From an uncultured archaeon (lineage in GTDB: Archaea; Altiarchaeota; Altiarchaeia; IMC4; SCGC-AAA252-I15): 64,000 nucleotides of DNA. Below, piece by piece: positions 60,865 to 64,000 of the stretch. Made by a program: the position numbers and the translations under genes. The notes beneath the pieces are model-generated. The model saw nothing but the letters and a program-made list of their open reading frames with translations, did no database searches and was not told the DNA's origin. The first letter of the stretch is position 1. Each line of letters starts with the position of its first letter. The stretch covers positions 64,001 to 128,000 of the forward strand of contig CAZPLO010000001.1 of the NCBI GenBank assembly GCA_964587725.1, read 5' to 3'.

Positions 60865-63800
60865 TCAAAACCGTATGGTGCAGCACACGGTTTCGTCGTC
60901 GTATTGGAAGGATTTGCCGTCTTCTAAACCCTCAACCAGGCGTATGGAGTCTGCGCGTACCTCGTTCAATACTGTGTCTTTGAACTCCTTCAGCATCGCC
61001 TCCACCTTCGGGTTCGATGAGACCTCGACTTTGATGCGCTGCAGCTCTCCCAGGCCGTTTTCCTTCCGCAGCTCCTGTATGTGCCGTATCAGGTCCCTCG
61101 CCAGAGCCTCGTTCAACAGGCTTTGGTTGCGTTCCGTCTCTATCAACACGACGCCGTGGGCCGGGCCTTCGCTGAAGTCGGCGGCAGCGTGCTTCTCCGA
61201 CACCAGCAGCCTGATGTCTGATATCATCTCCGGCGTCACCTCAAAATTTTCGAGTTTGCTGCTTTTCCCCGTCTCCTTTATGAACTTTGAGTTGAGGGGG
61301 TTGGAGCGTATAAGCTCCGCCACCCGGTTGGCGTTTTTCCCGTGGACGGGGCCTATGACACTGTAGTCGGGCGACGCCTCATACCTCACATCCGGCAGTT
61401 TGTCCACGAACTCCACCCTCTTGCAGTTCAACTGCTTCACGACGACGTCTCCCAAGCTTTCCACTGCCGAGCGTACGCGGTCGCCGCCTGAAACGGTCAC
61501 CTTCTCTATTGGGTGGCGGAGTTTGATGCCCGCCTCCTGCCTGCAGCGGCTGCCCGCCTCGAAAATCCTGCGCACCACATTCATGTTGGCAAGCAGTTCC
61601 TCATCCACTTTCCCAGGCATCGGCCACGGCACATGGTGTATGCTCGCCGCATCCTCCCTCAGGAGGTTCAAGTATATTTCCTCCGAAATGAACGGCGCCA
61701 ACGGCGCCAACGCCGTGCACAGCCGTTCGAAAACCGTTGACAGCGTTACATACGCGGCCTTCTTGGACGGGTTGATGCTTCCGCCCCGGTCCTCCAGCCA
61801 CATGCGGTCCCGTATCAGCTTGATGTACCATCTGCTGAAGTCCTCCACTATGAAGTCGTAGAGGGCAGACACAGTGTGGTGGTATTCGTTTGCTGCGAGC
61901 GACCTCTTAACCGACTCTGTCATGGAATCCGCGGCGGACAGAATCCACTGGTCCTCCGCCTCCAAATCCTTTTCGTCTATTTCACGGTCGCGGGGGTCGA
62001 AGCCGTCCAGCAGCATGTAGCGGACGGTGAAGGAGTAGCAGTTCCACAGCGTCCGCAGCATCGGTATCACGGATTCGTTGAGGCTGTCGACTCCGAAGCG
62101 CTTCGCGTTCCACGGCGCCGTCGAACACATCTGCAGGCGCACCGCGTCCGCGCCTACGGTGTCGAACAGCTTCCACGGATCTATGATGTTCTGGTTGCTC
62201 TTGCTCATCTTCTCCCCCTTGTCGTCTAATAAGAGTCCGCCTACGACGCAGCTCTTGTACGCCGGCTTCTTGAACAGTACGGTGCTTAAGACGAGGAGGG
62301 TGTAGAACCACCCGCGGGTCTGGTCCATCGCCTCCGAAATGAAGTCGTGGGGGAAGGTTTTCTCGAACAGTTCCTTGTTTTCGAAGGGGTAGTGGAATTG
62401 GGCGAACGTTGCGGAGCCGCTGTCGTACCAGCAGTCTATCACGTATTCGACGCGTTCCATCTCCCGCCCACACCTGCATTTGAGTTTGACTTTGTCCACG
62501 TAGGGGCGGTGCAGGTCCAAATCCTCTGGAACCTCCGAAACAGCGTTTTCACGCAGCTCCTTCCGGGAGCCCACCGCCTTGACCCCCCCGCATTCGCACC
62601 TCCATATGGGAAGGGGTGTGCCCCAGAACCGGTTCCTGCTGAGGCTCCAGTCGCGGGCGTTCTCCAGCCAGTTCCCAAACCGGCCTGACCCTATGGTCTC
62701 AGGATACCATTTTATCCTATTATTCTGTTCGATGAGGTCCGGCACCACCTCGGACACGCGGATGAACCACGACTTCATCGCATAATAGAGTAGCGGGGTC
62801 TTGCAGCGCCAGCAGAACGGGTAATCGTGTTCATACGGGTGCTTGACTATCAGCACGCCCATCTCGTCAAGCCATCCTATTATCTTGGAGTCCGCATCCT
62901 TGGCGAACAACCCATCCAGCTCCGGAATCTCCGAAGTGAATTTGCCGTCCAAGTCTATGGGGTTCACCAGCGGCAGGTCGTTTTCCACACCCACATTGTA
63001 GTCGTCTTCGCCGAACGCAGGAGCGATGTGGACTATGCCTGTTCCCTCTTCGGTTGACACGAAGTCTCCTTTTATGACGCGCCACGCAGGCTTCTCCAGT
63101 TTGTTTACGAAGTGGCTGAACAGCGGGTGGTATTCCAGGCCGACGAGGTCGGAGCCCTTCACCTCCTCGACTATGTCGGCCTCCGGAAACCTGGTTTCAG
63201 CCAGCTCCTTCGCCAGCACGTATTTCTCGCCCCTGTATTTAATAACCGCGTATGTTATGTCAGGACCCACAGCCAAGGCGAGGTTGCTCAGCAGCGTCCA
63301 CGGCGTCGTAGTCCAAGCCAGGAAACTGTAGTCTTTCTCCTTAGCCCGGAATGCGACGATGACTGTGTCCTCCTTCACCGACTTGTAGCCGAGGGAGACT
63401 TCATGGGATGACAGCGGCGTGCCGCATCGGGGGCAGAACGGCACCACCCGGTGGCCCTCGTACAGCAGCTTCTTCTCCCAAAGCTGTTTGAGACTCCACC
63501 ACACACTCTCTATGTAATTATTGTCCATGGTGACGTACGGGTCCTTCAGGTCTATCCAGTACGCCATCCTCTCCGTCAGCGCATCCCACTCCTTGATGTG
63601 GCTGAACACGCTGTCCCTGCATTTCTCCACGAAACGGTCGACGCCGTATTTGAGTATGTCTTTTTTGCTGTTCAAATCAAGCTCCTTCTCAACCTGCACC
63701 TCCACCGGCAGGCCGTGGCAGTCCCATCCCGCCTTACGGGGGACGCTGCTGCCGAGCATGTAGTGGAACCGGTTCACGACATCCTTGAAGGTGCGCATCT

Positions 63801-63975
63801 CCACGTGGTGCAACGCCGGCGGAGCGTTGGCCGTGGGAGGTCCTTCGAGGAAGGAGAACAGTTCGCTGTCGCGTGGCTTCAGCGTCTCCTCCATCACCTT
63901 GCTGTCGCGCCAGTACGCCAGGATGCGTTCCTCCAGCTCCTTAGGATTATAGTCCCCCACCGATTCCACTGCCAT
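60865..63975 (-). CDS. ileS: Isoleucyl-tRNA synthetase
   Basis: GWDCHGLP, AWTTTPWTL, DWSLSRNRFWGTP, DQTRGWF, KMSKS. Confidence 0.97.
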   Translation of the reverse strand: MAVESVGDYNPKELEERILAYWRDSKVMEETLKPRDSELFSFLEGPPTANAPPALHHVEMRTFKDVVNRFHYMLGSSVPRKAGWDCHGLPVEVQVEKELDLNSKKDILKYGVDRFVEKCRDSVFSHIKEWDALTERMAYWIDLKDPYVTMDNNYIESVWWSLKQLWEKKLLYEGHRVVPFCPRCGTPLSSHEVSLGYKSVKEDTVIVAFRAKEKDYSFLAWTTTPWTLLSNLALAVGPDITYAVIKYRGEKYVLAKELAETRFPEADIVEEVKGSDLVGLEYHPLFSHFVNKLEKPAWRVIKGDFVSTEEGTGIVHIAPAFGEDDYNVGVENDLPLVNPIDLDGKFTSEIPELDGLFAKDADSKIIGWLDEMGVLIVKHPYEHDYPFCWRCKTPLLYYAMKSWFIRVSEVVPDLIEQNNRIKWYPETIGSGRFGNWLENARDWSLSRNRFWGTPLPIWRCECGGVKAVGSRKELRENAVSEVPEDLDLHRPYVDKVKLKCRCGREMERVEYVIDCWYDSGSATFAQFHYPFENKELFEKTFPHDFISEAMDQTRGWFYTLLVLSTVLFKKPAYKSCVVGGLLLDDKGEKMSKSNQNIIDPWKLFDTVGADAVRLQMCSTAPWNAKRFGVDSLNESVIPMLRTLWNCYSFTVRYMLLDGFDPRDREIDEKDLEAEDQWILSAADSMTESVKRSLAANEYHHTVSALYDFIVEDFSRWYIKLIRDRMWLEDRGGSINPSKKAAYVTLSTVFERLCTALAPLAPFISEEIYLNLLREDAASIHHVPWPMPGKVDEELLANMNVVRRIFEAGSRCRQEAGIKLRHPIEKVTVSGGDRVRSAVESLGDVVVKQLNCKRVEFVDKLPDVRYEASPDYSVIGPVHGKNANRVAELIRSNPLNSKFIKETGKSSKLENFEVTPEMISDIRLLVSEKHAAADFSEGPAHGVVLIETERNQSLLNEALARDLIRHIQELRKENGLGELQRIKVEVSSNPKVEAMLKEFKDTVLNEVRADSIRLVEGLEDGKSFQYDDETVCCTIRF

Positions 63976-64000
63976 CTTTTAAGAGAAAGGATTTCAGAAT

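Overview
GC-rich archaeal chromosomal window. The archaeal assignment rests on TFE, thermosome, fibrillarin, Rpo4, eL21, archaeal IleRS/AspRS and a BHB tRNA intron. The Thr-rich secreted proteins and divergent 16S rRNA suggest an uncultured DPANN-related lineage such as Ca. Altiarchaeota (inference). From 1-19 kb there is a surface-protein region: three large Cys-rich proteins with class III (pilin-type) signal peptides, a repeat adhesin, GT-C/GT2 glycosyltransferases and a PQQ-repeat protein. The rest is mostly housekeeping genes plus a minus-strand 16S-tRNA(Ala)-23S operon, RNase P RNA, an intron-containing tRNA-His and tRNA-Pro. Four observations stand out. (1) Related hairpin cassettes with C-GNA-G triloops sit beside or inside the three tRNAs and the RNase P RNA, along with partial duplications of the tRNA-His and RNase P RNA ends; this may be a DNA-level element that targets structural RNA genes. 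(2) An apparently intact GGDEF + HD-GYP (c-di-GMP) enzyme occurs in an archaeon. (3) An AT-richer DUF3800 gene is followed by a convergent structured ncRNA. (4) Four ~50-60 bp helically phased TTTAAA-like arrays occur, one inside hisD. All calls were made by eye; no searches or folding computations were run.
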